From: Heterodontus francisci | Taxonomy: Eukaryota | DNA length: 64,000 nt | Reading direction: 5' to 3' | Assembly (NCBI RefSeq): GCF_036365525.1 | Contig: NC_090402.1 | Location: forward strand, 49,017,700-49,081,699 | Shown here: positions 37,501 through 49,500 of the stretch, one piece after another | How the letters are laid out: each line of letters opens with the position of its first letter | Numbering within the stretch: the first letter of the stretch is position 1 | Made by a program: the position numbers and the translations under genes | Notes under the pieces: model-generated | Database searches by the model: none | Seen by the model: only the letters and a program-made list of their open reading frames with translations | Told to the model about the DNA's origin: nothing

Positions 37501-40500
37501 GCTTCCAGTTGCTTGCTATTTCAACAACCCCTCCCCCGCCCCTGCTCTCATGCTCACATCTCTGTCCTGGGATTGCTGCAGTGTTCCAGCGAACATCAAC
37601 GCAAGCTCGAGGAACAGCATCTCATTTATTGATTAGGCACACTACAGCGTGCCGGGCTGAACATTGAATTCAATCATTTCAGAGCATGACTGGATCCCCC
37701 TTTTTATGTTTAGTTATTTTTTTATTATTTCTGTTTTCTTTTTTCTTTGTTATTTGGATATTTTATTTTAGTTTTTTTTTAATTTGGTTAGTTTGCCTAC
37801 TCACTGTTTCTGTTGTTTTTTTTTAAAATTTAATGTTGTGCTTGGAGTGCTTTGTGCTTTACAGTCAATTCACACCCTCTCTGTACTAACGCTTTGTCTT
37901 TCAGCACACTATTAACATACCATTTGCATTTGTTCCATGACCTGGTCAGTTATTCTCTGTGACCTTGTCCAATCAAAACCTTGTCTTTTGTTCTCTCTTG
38001 CCCCACCCCCCGCTTTACTTGCTTAAAGCCTTTTACATTTCTAATATTTGTCAGTTCTGAAGAAGGATCACTGACCTTAAACGTTAACTCTGCTTCTCTC
38101 TCCACAGATGCTGCCAGACCTGCTCAGTATTTCCAGCATCTCTTGTTTTTATCCCAGAGCAATACCCTGGGTCTCTGGGTTACCTAGTCCAGTGACAATA
38201 CCACAACGCCACTGCCTCCCCTAAGGTAGGTAGATCTTGCTTTTTGTTGGGGCCCAGGATTCTTCTTGAACCTTGTTCGCTGTAGGTGACTTTTCTGTCT
38301 TGGGGGTTCATGTGTCTTCAGTGGATTCAGAGGCTTGTGAGAAAGAGATGGGAGCAGACAGGAGAGATCTTCTCAGTCCAGGAGCAAACAGACACTCTCA
38401 CATGGAGATTGGACCTGCTTGAGAAGGGCAGCGGCGGCAGGAGATAAAAACCGGCGGCAAAGAGGGAAGCCCAGCACACGGAGAGTGGACCTGCGTGAGA
38501 AGGGCAGCGGTGGCGGGAGATAAAAACCGGCGGCAGAGAGAGAAGCCCAGCACACGGAGAGTGGACCTGCGTGAGAAGGGCAGCGGCGGCGGGAGATAAA
38601 AACCGGTGGCAGAGAGAGAAGCCCAGCACACGGAGAGTGGACCTGCTTGAGAAGGGCAGCGGCGGCAGGAGATAAAAACCGGCGGCAGAGAGCCACTTCT
38701 ACCTGTTAGTGTTAAAGTGTGACGTCACAGGAAAACAGGTAGGTGATTGGTGGGTATCTCTTCGTGTCTCTTTGAATTGGCCAAGAGGTTTAAATCAAGA
38801 GACGTTATTACCGCTGAAGAGTACAGTTAAGAAATTCTCTTTGAAAATATTTAACATCCAAATTAATTAATTAAATAGAATAAAGATGGCTGGGCAGGTG
38901 ATGCATCGGAGCTGTCGTATATGGAAGCTGGCGGACGCCGGTAGGATCCACATGTGGCCGCATCTGCAGCAAGTGTTGGCTGCTGGAAGACCTTTGGCTC
39001 CGAGTTGATGAGCTGGAGTCCGAGCTGCAGACACTGTGATACATCAGGAAAGGGAGAGTTACCTGGACACTGTTTTAGGAGACAGTCAGACCCCTTAGAT
39101 TAATTACATCAAAGTTGGACCGTGGTCAGGGACAGGAGGGTGCGACTGTGAGTGAGGCAGGTATGGGGATCCAGAATTTAGCTTTGGAGCAGCCTCAGCC
39201 AGTGCCGTTATCCAACAGGTACAAGATTCTTGCTCCCGGTGTGGACAAGGGCACAGACTGCAGGGAGAATGAGCGAACTGACCACAGCACCGTGGTTCAG
39301 AGTGCCATTCAAGTGTGGGGGAGAAGAGAGAAATGTAGAAGTAATAGGGAATAGCATAGTTAGGGGAATAGATACTGTTCTCTGCAGCAAAGATAGGGAG
39401 TACCGAAGGCTGTGTTACCTACCTGGTGCCAAGGTTAAGGACATCTCTTCTGGACTGGAGAGGAACTTGGAGTGGGAGGGGAAGGATCCAGTTGTTGTGG
39501 TCGACATAGTTAGGATTAGGAAAGAGATACTGCTGAGGGACAATGAGCAGCTCGGGGCTAAATTGAAAAGCAGAGCCACAAAGGTAATAATCTCCGGGTC
39601 ACTACCTGAGCCACAGGTAAATTGGCATAGGGTAGATAACATTAGAGAGGTAAACGTGTGGCTCAAAGATTGTTGTGGGAGAAATGGTTTCCGAATTATG
39701 AGGCACTGGCACCAGTACTGGGGAAGGAGAGAGCTGTTCTGTTGGGATGGGCTTCATGTGAACCATGCTGGGATCAGAGTCCTGGTGAATCGTATAACTA
39801 GGGTTGTAGACAGGACTTTAAACTAATTAGTGGGGGGGAGGGTTCAATTGAAGGGAAGTTTTTAAAAGATTTAAAAGAAATGAGAGAGCAAAGATGCAGG
39901 GTAGTGAGGAGGCGAATGATAATCAAAGTGTGACAGGAAGTGCCAGAAAATATAAGCAAAAGAGTGCATCAGAAATTAGAACCAGAATGAGTAATAATGG
40001 CAAAAAATCAAAGTTTAAGGCTCTTTATCCGAATACACGCAGCATTTGTAACAAGATAGATGAGTTGACGGCACAAATAGAAATAAATGAATGTGACTTG
40101 ATAGCTATTAGGGTGACCAAGACTGAACGCTCAATATTCAAGGATATTTGACATTTCGGAAAAATAGGCAAAAAGGAAAAGGAGGTGGGGTAGCTTTGTT
40201 AATAAAGGAAGGTATCAGTGCGGTGGTGAGTCGTGATAAAGGTGCAATAAATGGTGATGTGGAATCAGTTTGTGTGGAAATAAGGAATAGCAAGGGGAAG
40301 AAGTCGCAGGTGAGAGTCGTCTATACGCCTCCGAAGAATTGCCTCACTGTAGGACAAAGTATAAATTGGGAAATAATGGAGGCGTGTAAGAAGGGCGCAA
40401 CAATTGTCATGGGTGATTTTAATTTGCATATTGACTGGACAAATCAGATTGGCAGAGGTAACATGGAAGACGATTTTGTCGAGTGCATCAGGGATTGTTA

Positions 40501-43500
40501 CTTGGAGCAATATGTTGTGGAACCTACCTGGGAACAGGCAATTTTAGATCGAATAATGTGTAATGAAGTAGAATTAATAAGAGATATTGTAGTTAAGGAT
40601 CCTCTAGGGGGTAGCAATCACAACATGGTAGAATTGCAAATTCAGTGTGAGGGCGAGCAACTCGGGTCTCAAACCAGTGTCCTCAATTTAAACAAGGGCA
40701 AGTACAGAGGTATGAAGAAAAAGTTATCTAAAGCGGGCTGGGAAAAGAGACTAAGAAGAAGGTCAGTGGATGAGCAGTGGAAGACATTTAAGAAGATATT
40801 TCATAATGCGCAACAAAAATTTATCCCGGTCAAAAAGAAGGACTCGATGAGAAGGATGAACCACCCGTAATTAACAAAGGCAGTCAAGGAGACTTTCCAA
40901 TCAAAAACTAAAGCATACAAAGCGGCAAAAACTAGTGGTAGGCCAGAGGATTGGGAATTTTTTAGGAACCAGCAATGGATGACTACAAAAGCTAATAAAG
41001 AGGGAGAAAATTGATTATGAAAGTAATTTGGCAAGAAATATAAAAACAAACAGCAAGAGCTTCTACGGGTATATAAAAAGAAAGAGAGTAGCTAAAGTGA
41101 GCGTGGGCCCCTTGGAGAATGCAATTGGAGAAGCGGGGAACAGGGAAATGGCCGATAATTTAAGCCAATATTTTGCATCGGTCTTCACAGTGGAGGACAC
41201 TATAACATCCCACAGATATCAGATAAGCAAGGAGCTAATAGGAGGAAAGATCTTGTAACAGTCTCTATCACGAGGGACAAAATATTTGATAAACTAATGG
41301 GACTAAAGGCACCAGGGCCTGATGGCCTACATCCAAGGGCTTTAAAGGAAGTGGCTGCAGAGATAGTGGAGGCATTGATCAAAATATTCCAGAACCAACT
41401 GGATTCCATGACGGTCCCAGCAGATTGGAAAACTGCTAATGTGATGCCCCTGTTCAAGAAGGGAGGGAAACAAAAAGCAGGAAACTGTAGGCCAGACAGC
41501 CTCACATTGGTCGTTGGGAAAGTGCTAGAGTCCGTTATTAAGGGAGAAATAGCAGGACATTTAGAAAAGCTTAAAGCAATCAAACAGAGCCAACATGGTT
41601 TTGTGAAAGGGAAATCATTTTTGACAAATTTTCTTGAGTTCTTTGAGGATATAACAAGCATAGTTGATAAAGGGGAACCGGTAGATGTAGTGTATTTGGA
41701 TTTCCAGAAGGCATTCGATAAGGTGCCACATAAAAGATTATTGCACAAGATAGGAGCTCACAGTTTTGGGGGTAATGTATTAGCATGGATTGAGGATTGA
41801 TTAACTCTCAAAAGATAGAGAGTTGGGATTAATGGGTCTTTTTCAGGTTGGAAAGGTGTAACTAGTGGAGTGCCACAAGGATCAGTCCGAGAGCCTCAGT
41901 TATTTACTATCTATATTAATGACTTGGAGAAGGGGGCAGAGTGTAATATATCCAAATTTGCTGATGATACAAAAATAGGTGGGAGGGCATGTCGTGATGA
42001 GGACATAAGGAATTTGCAAGGGTATATAGATAGGTTGAGTGAATGGGCAAAAACTTGGCAGATGGAGTTTAATGTCGGAAAGTGCGAGGTCATGCACTTT
42101 GATAGGAAGAATCAAAAGGCAGACTATTATTTAAATGGAAAGAGACTCCAAAAAAGTGCAGTACAGAGGGATCTGGGTGGTCTTGTGCATGAAACACAAA
42201 AAGTTAGCATGCAGGTGCAGCAAGTAATTAAGAAGGCAAATGGAATTTTGGCCTTTACTGCTAGGGGGTTGGAGTTTAAAAATAGGGAAGTCTTGTTGCA
42301 ACAATGTAGAGTGTTGGTGAGGCTGCACCTGGAGTACTGTGTACAGTTTTGGTCCCTGTATTTAAGAAAGGATTGGAGGCAGTTCAAAAGAGATTCACTA
42401 TGCTGATTCCTGGGTTGAAGGGGTTGACTTATCAAGAACAGCTAAACAGGTTAGGCCTTTATTCATTAGAGTTTAGAAGAATAAGGGCTGATCTTATTGA
42501 AACGTACAAGATTTTGAGGGGGCTTGACAGGGTAGATGTTGAAAAGATGTTTCCACTAGTGGGGGAATCTCAAACAAGGGGACATAGTTACAGAATAAGG
42601 GGACACTCATTTAAAACTGAGATGCAAAGGAATTTCTTCTCTGAGGGCAGTGAATGTCTGGAATTCTCTACCCCAGAGAGTTGTGAGGCTAGATCAGTGA
42701 AAGTATTTAAAGAGGAGATAGATAGATTTTTGAAATATTGGGGAGTTGAGGGCTATGAGGAGCTGGCACGAAAGAGGAGTTTGAGGTCTGGGGCAGATCA
42801 GCCACGATCTTATTGAATGGCAGGGCAGGCTTGAGGGGCTGAATGGCCTACTCCTGCTCCTATTTCTTATGTTTTTATGTTCAGTACAAACTGTTTGTAG
42901 AATTCAGAAAAACCCAGATTGCCAAGCAGGTTAGTCATTTGACGAACTGGTCTGACCACGTCTTGGATTGTATCACCTTACCAGTCTCTGGAATACTCCT
43001 TTCACACACCATACCTGGTGATCAAGGTGCATTGAGGGTTAAATGGTCAGGGAATAGTCCTTTGTCCTTTGAATCACCATGTGTTAATATGCAAATGTCT
43101 TTTCCAGCCATGGCTGATCTGTTTAACAAGTTTCTTTCTTCATTCCAGTAACAGTTTAGTCTCAATATTCAAGACAAAATTAATTTGCCTCATTCTTGGC
43201 AGGTCGGGGCCTAACATGACAAGTGCCTTTGATGTTTTAGGAAAGGAAGTGGAAGGCTGGGTTAGCAAGTTTGCCGATGACACGAAGGTTGCTGGAGTTG
43301 TGGATAGTGTGGAAGGCTGTTGTCGGTTGCAACGGGACATTGACAGGATGCAGAGCTGGGCTGAGAAGTGGCAGATGGAGTTCAACCTGGAAAAGTGTGA
43401 AGTGATTCATTTTGGAAGGTCGAATTTGAATGCAGAATACAGGTTTAAAGACAGGATTCTTGGTAGTGTGGAGGAACAGAGGGATCTTGGGGTCCATGTC

Positions 43501-46500
43501 CATAGATCGCTCAAAGTTGCCACCCAAGTTGATAGGGTTGTTAAGAAGGCGTATGGTGTGTTGGCTTTCATTAACAGGGGGATTGAGTTTAAGAGCCGCG
43601 AGGTTATGCTGCAGCTCTATAAGGCCCTGGTTCGACCACACTTGGAATATTGTGTTCAGTTCTGGTCGCCTCATTATAGGAAGGATGTGGAAGCTTTAGA
43701 GAGGGTGCAGAGGAGATTTACCAGGATGCTGCCTGGACCGGAGGGCATGTCTTACGAAGAAAGATTGAGGGAGCTAGGCTTTTCTCATTGGAGCGAAGAA
43801 GGATGAGACGTGACTTGATAGAGGGGTACAAGATGATGAGAGGCATAGATACAGTGGATAGCCAGAGACTTTTTCCCAGGGTGGAAAGGGCTATCACCAG
43901 GGGGCATAATTTTAAGGTGATTGGAGGACGGTTTCGGGGAGATGTCAGAGGTAGGTTCTTTACACAGAGAGTGGTGGGTGCGTGGAATGCGCTGCCAGCG
44001 GTGGTAGTAGAAGCAGATACATTAGGGACATTTAAGCGACTCTTGAATAGGTACATGGATGATAGTAGAATGAAGGGTAGGTAGTTAGTTTGATCTTAGA
44101 GTAGGTTAAAGGTTCGGCACAACATCGTGGGCCGAAGGGCCTGTACTGTGCTGTACTGTTCTATGTTCTATCTCAAAGCGCTTTACAGCCAATAAAGTAC
44201 TTTCGAAGTGTAACAAAAAAACTTCCATTTATAAAGTGCATTTAACGTAGTAAAATGTCCCAAGGTGTTTAACAAGAGCAATAGCAATAAAAACATTTTT
44301 GACACTGAGCCACAGAAGGTGCTATCAGGGCAGATAATTAAAGGCTTGATCAGAGTAGATTTTAAGGAGCATCTTAAAAGAGGAGAGTGAGGTAGACAAT
44401 TAGATACAATGAATAGAGTCAAGCTCAGATAATTACACCCAGCTAGATAGCAGGTATTGGTGAAAGAGGTTGTGGCCAATTTGTGCAAAGCCAAGACTCC
44501 AGGGAGAACTCCCCTGCTCTTTTTCAAATCATGCCATGGGATCCTTTATAGCCACTTGAAAGAACAAACAGGCTCAGTTGAACCTCTCATCTGAAAGGCA
44601 GCATCTCTGACAGTGCAGCACTCCCACAGTACTGCACTGGAGTGTCAGCCTCAACTTTGAATGCAAGTCTTTGGAGTAGGCTTGAATCCATAACCTCTGA
44701 CTCAGAGGAGATAGCATTGCCACTGAGCCATGGCTGATACATTGAGTAATTTTGTCTGTATGTGCGCACGTGGGTCTGTGTGAGATGAGGCCACAGTAAT
44801 CCCTGTTCCTTTTGATAGGACCAGAAATTCAAGCTTTTCAAAAAAAGGAAAATAAATTTCAGTAAGGTAATAATTTGACAGCTGTGCTTAAGCTCTGCAG
44901 TCAGCTTCTCTGCAACTTGCAGCACAGCACAGATCAGTTTAGAGTTGAGGAGCTGGAAATGACTTCTACTTACTCAGGCCTCGCTTCGCAGTGTCAGTCT
45001 GATCCTCAGGCAGTCCTGATTGAATGAGTGTCCTTGCTATTGTTTCTAAAATAGGAGACAGAATTATACTTTTGTGTCATTTTCACTTTCGGATTTTTGA
45101 TCCAAATTTAATTAATTAATGATTTATTCCCTCCATTTCTTAAACCATCTCAATTTAGTCTGGCCTAGCTTATGCACTGCGACAGCATATTACTGTGCCC
45201 TAATGTGGAGGAGAGTGTAGGGTCTGAGACTCTTTATAGGAAGGATATGAAAGTAACGGAAAAGGTCAGCGTGATAACAGGGTCGAGAGGCCGCAGTTAT
45301 GGGGAGAAACTTGAGACGGTGGGACTTTACCGAATCTGAGAAAGATGACCTGGCAGAGATCTTTAAGATTCTGGAAGGTTTTGAGCAGGTAATGAGAAAT
45401 TGTTTCCATTGCCTTCAAAAGGATAATTAGAGGGCATAAACTTTAGATAATAGCAGAAAGAATTAAAAGGGAGGTTTGAAATCAATTCTTTACACAGAGG
45501 GTGTTGGAACCCGGAATTCTCTGCAACAAAGCATTATTGAAGCAAATCTATCAGTTCTTTTTAAAGACTATTAGTTAGTTGCTTGAAAAAGAGGAATATT
45601 CGTGTTTGGGGAATGGGGTGGGGTGAGTTACTCATGGAGAAAAACTTTCAAGATTTCAGTTCTTCAAAAGGCTAGAGTCAGAGTAAGGGACTGTTCAGAA
45701 GGAGATATGGGGTAGAGTAGATGGCAGAGAAAGTGTGGAATGAGGCCAAGGAGGGATTTAAAGGTGAGGACAAGGCTTTTGAATCGAATTGTGACATGCA
45801 GGACAGAGGATGAACTCTATTCTCCACTTCTCTGATGGGATTTGTCTTGTCTGACAATCATCTGACAATACAAAGTCAATCGGGGAGTTGAGGGAAGTGA
45901 AGAGGTAGAATTGGATGCCATCAGCATGCATTGGAAAGATGATTCTATGCTTACACATAATACTGAGACACCATTTACAATTACATTTGTGTTTGTGCTC
46001 ACATAAGTAGAAACCAGTACACACAGGTACTTAATTACTCATAAATGCTGACAGGTACATCAATGTGCTTAGAAGTGCATAAAGACAAATGCAATATATA
46101 AAGTGAGTATTCGACCAACGAGGGCTGGGCAATAAATGTGCCCTTTCCCACATGCCAGGAAAAGACTTTCTCATAGAATAGTTTTCCTGTCAGAAATTGT
46201 TTTCCGTGGAATTATGTTCTGATGAGGAAATATCAATGCTTTCACCAGGTAGTAGGTAACATTGAGAACCACAGAGAGTGAAGATGGAGCCAATGTTAAC
46301 CCACGGTGTAGACTGTGAGATTACAGCACAGTAACTGAGTAACGGGAGATACCGACATCCACATACATCCCACATGATCTACAATACATGTCTCCAATGA
46401 GACCCAGCCAACCTTGGCCCACTGAGCTCATTTCTCATACGTGGGGCACAAGATGTCAGACTGGGTCAGTTTCCTTGGGATCCAAGTGGCTTCCAGGAAT

Positions 46501-49500
46501 ATCGGACAATGTTATAACCAAGTCCCTCCATCAATCCTTTCACTATTGTATTGTTTCAGTAATTAAAAGGAAATGCTTACCAGCTATTTTGCTGCCAATT
46601 CTAAAAAACAACCTACCAATAAATCGGGGTGATGACTCTAAAGGAACAGGATGACAAATGGCACTGATTCGTAGTCGAGATCCGCTGTATTTGTTAAAGT
46701 TCGCTAATATCACTTAGCACTGAGTGCTGGCAAAAGTATATTACAGTAGCCAGTGCTCAAGTGCCAACTGAAAATGTATTCACAGTTAAATTCTGTAAAA
46801 TCCCACTTCTTGTTTTATTTGGCAGTTTACATGGTCCGGCACAAAATAGCACAGTCTAAGGGGACCAACACCCTTCTGACCCCAAATAACCTCCCTCTTC
46901 TGATCTGGCCAAGATCATCTCACTGAGTGGAGACCAAGGTTCGAACTTAGAGCAGGAGGAGGCCATTCAGCCCCTGCACCATTTAGTGAGATCATGGCTG
47001 ATCTCTACCTCAACTGCATTTACCCACCTTTGCTCCATATCTGTTGATAGCTGGACCTAACAATCAACTATCAATGTTAGTCTTGAAAGCTCTTGACCTC
47101 CAGCATCCACAGCCTTTTGGGGGAGGGAGTTCCAGATTTCCAGTACCCTTTGTGTGAAAAGGAGCTTCCTGATTTCACTCCAGCCAGCCTAGCTCTAATT
47201 TTAAAGATTATGTTTCCTTGTTCTCAATTCCCCCATCAGGGAAAATAGTTTCTCCATATCTACCCGATCAAATCCTTGTAACATTTTAAGCACCGCAATC
47301 AGATAATCCCTCAATCTTCTAAACTCAAGAGAATACAAGCCAAATTTATGCAAACTGTCCTCACAATTTAACCGTCTAAGCCCTGGTATCATTCTGCTGA
47401 ATCTCCGCTACACCAAAGCCAATGTGAAATATGGTGCCCAGAACTGAGCGAAGCACTCCGGGGCGTTTGATCAAGGCTGTGTACAACTGAAGCAAGACTT
47501 GCTCCTCTTTGTCTCAGAAGCAAAGGACCTTTATTGCGGAGCACACTCTAATTTGTTAGTTTTCCTCACTTACCCAGATCTTGATTCTCTAGATTGCTAA
47601 CCTCAGACTCTGAATCATCCAACTCACGCAACGCCTCTTCTGAAATAAATAGAAAGTGTTGTATTTTCACAAAGTTATCAGTATAGATGATGATCTCACG
47701 TTGTCAATTACCTGCAGAATTCTTTCAATATTCGAAGCAGCTGAGTGGAGATGTTTGCTGTCTGCTCATAGAATTGCACAGCATGTACAACACAGAAACA
47801 GGCAATTCAGCTCAACTGGTCTGTGCTGGTGTTCATGTTCCACACGAGTCTCCTCCCACCCTACTTCACCTCATCTTATCACATATCCTGCTATTGCTTT
47901 CTCCCTCATGTAGCTTCCCCTTAAATGCATCCATGCCATTCATCTCAACTGCTCCTGTGGTAGTGAGTTCCACATTCGAGCCACTCTGGGTAAAGAAGTT
48001 CCTCCTGTATTCCCTATTGGTGACTGTTCTGTGTTTGTGGCCCCTTGTTCTGGTCTCCCCTACAAAGGGAAACATCTCTACGTCTACACTATCGAACTCC
48101 TTAATAACTTTAAATTCCTCCTATTGGGCCACCCTCAGCCTTTTCTATTTTCCCTAATTCACTTAGGGTTTACCACAAGAGATGTTCCAAGATAGACTAC
48201 TGCTTCCTGAAACAATCCCACCCATCCCAAATAACACACTGTGATATGGGAAAAGAGTGGGAAGAGATGTGTAATGTCACCTCCTCAAGTACCTTTTATT
48301 CTTGTTTTAACTTGGCTGTGAGTAAGGGTAGGTTCCTGACAACAGAAAACCAGGAAACCTTCAATTCACAGCCAGTTGAGCACAATGGATGGAGAGGCTG
48401 CCCCTGGACTCTCACTTCAGTCTGTTTGCCCTCTTTTTGTTCCCCATAAATGTCATTTCAGGGTGACACTGAGCCTTGTGCTTCCTCGCCAATGTTTCTC
48501 CATTCCAGCCCGCTCCTTAAGCTATTGACCCATTCACTAGGATTGGCTCCATGGCCATGGCTCTCCTTTAGACATGTGGGGGAACCACGACAGGAAGTGC
48601 TGGCAGACTGTGCTACTGAGGAGGGAGTCCCAGCCCTGGATCCTGCCCTCAGACAGTGACCCACATCAGGGAAAGTTCTATGTGATTGAGAGTGGCAGTC
48701 GTGGCCAATCTCCCCTTTTCTAACTCAGGTTGCTGCTCCCGATTGTGATGCCCCTGAGATCCTCTCACTCTGTGCAGTCGAGGTTGGGGTGAACTGAGCC
48801 TGTCACAGTCTGTAAGGCAGAGATACACATGGTATGTGAACAGTCCAGACACTTACCCAGCTCTTGCATCTGTGGCTCAGTAACGTCAAACTCAGAATCA
48901 TCCTCCTCGCGCAGCGCCTCTTCTGAAATAAATAGAACATGTATTGTCTCTGTTGTTTCAGTAAAGAACATTTGCTAAATTACTGCCTGTCCCTCTGTCT
49001 AATGTACTTCAGACTGTTGAGTTCAGTTACGCCTGTCCTTTGTTTCTTATTACAGCTTAATTCAGTTTTGCTGGGTGGGATGTCTAATAGACAGGATGTG
49101 TAACAAGTGGGTGTGTTATGGGTGTGTGTTTTCCAGGCACCAATCCACTGACACCCATTTTATACCAACACCGACAGGTAAAATCAGCCCTATACAATAT
49201 CTGCTCCACCACACTACCAGGCAGTGCATTCCAAATCCTAACCATGTACTGTGTAAAAAAATGTTTTTCCTCATGTCGTTGTTGCTTCTTTAGCCATTCA
49301 CCTTAAATCGGTGTTCTCTGGTTCTTGATCCTTCTGCCAATGGTTCTCCCTGTCTACCCTGTCCAGCCCTTTTGTGATTTTGAACATCACTATCTAATCT
49401 CCACTCAACCTTCCCCTCTGCAGAAAACAGCTCCAGCTTCGCCAATGTATCCTCGTAGCTGAAGTCTCTCATCCCTGGAGCCATTCTCGTAAATCTCTTC

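Noticed and set aside
38395-38692. CRISPR-like array or coding repeat (ORFs 38327-38696)
   Set aside because: Head-to-tail 76-bp units with no unique spacers in a vertebrate LINE 5' end; the ORFs are by-products of GC-rich repeats.
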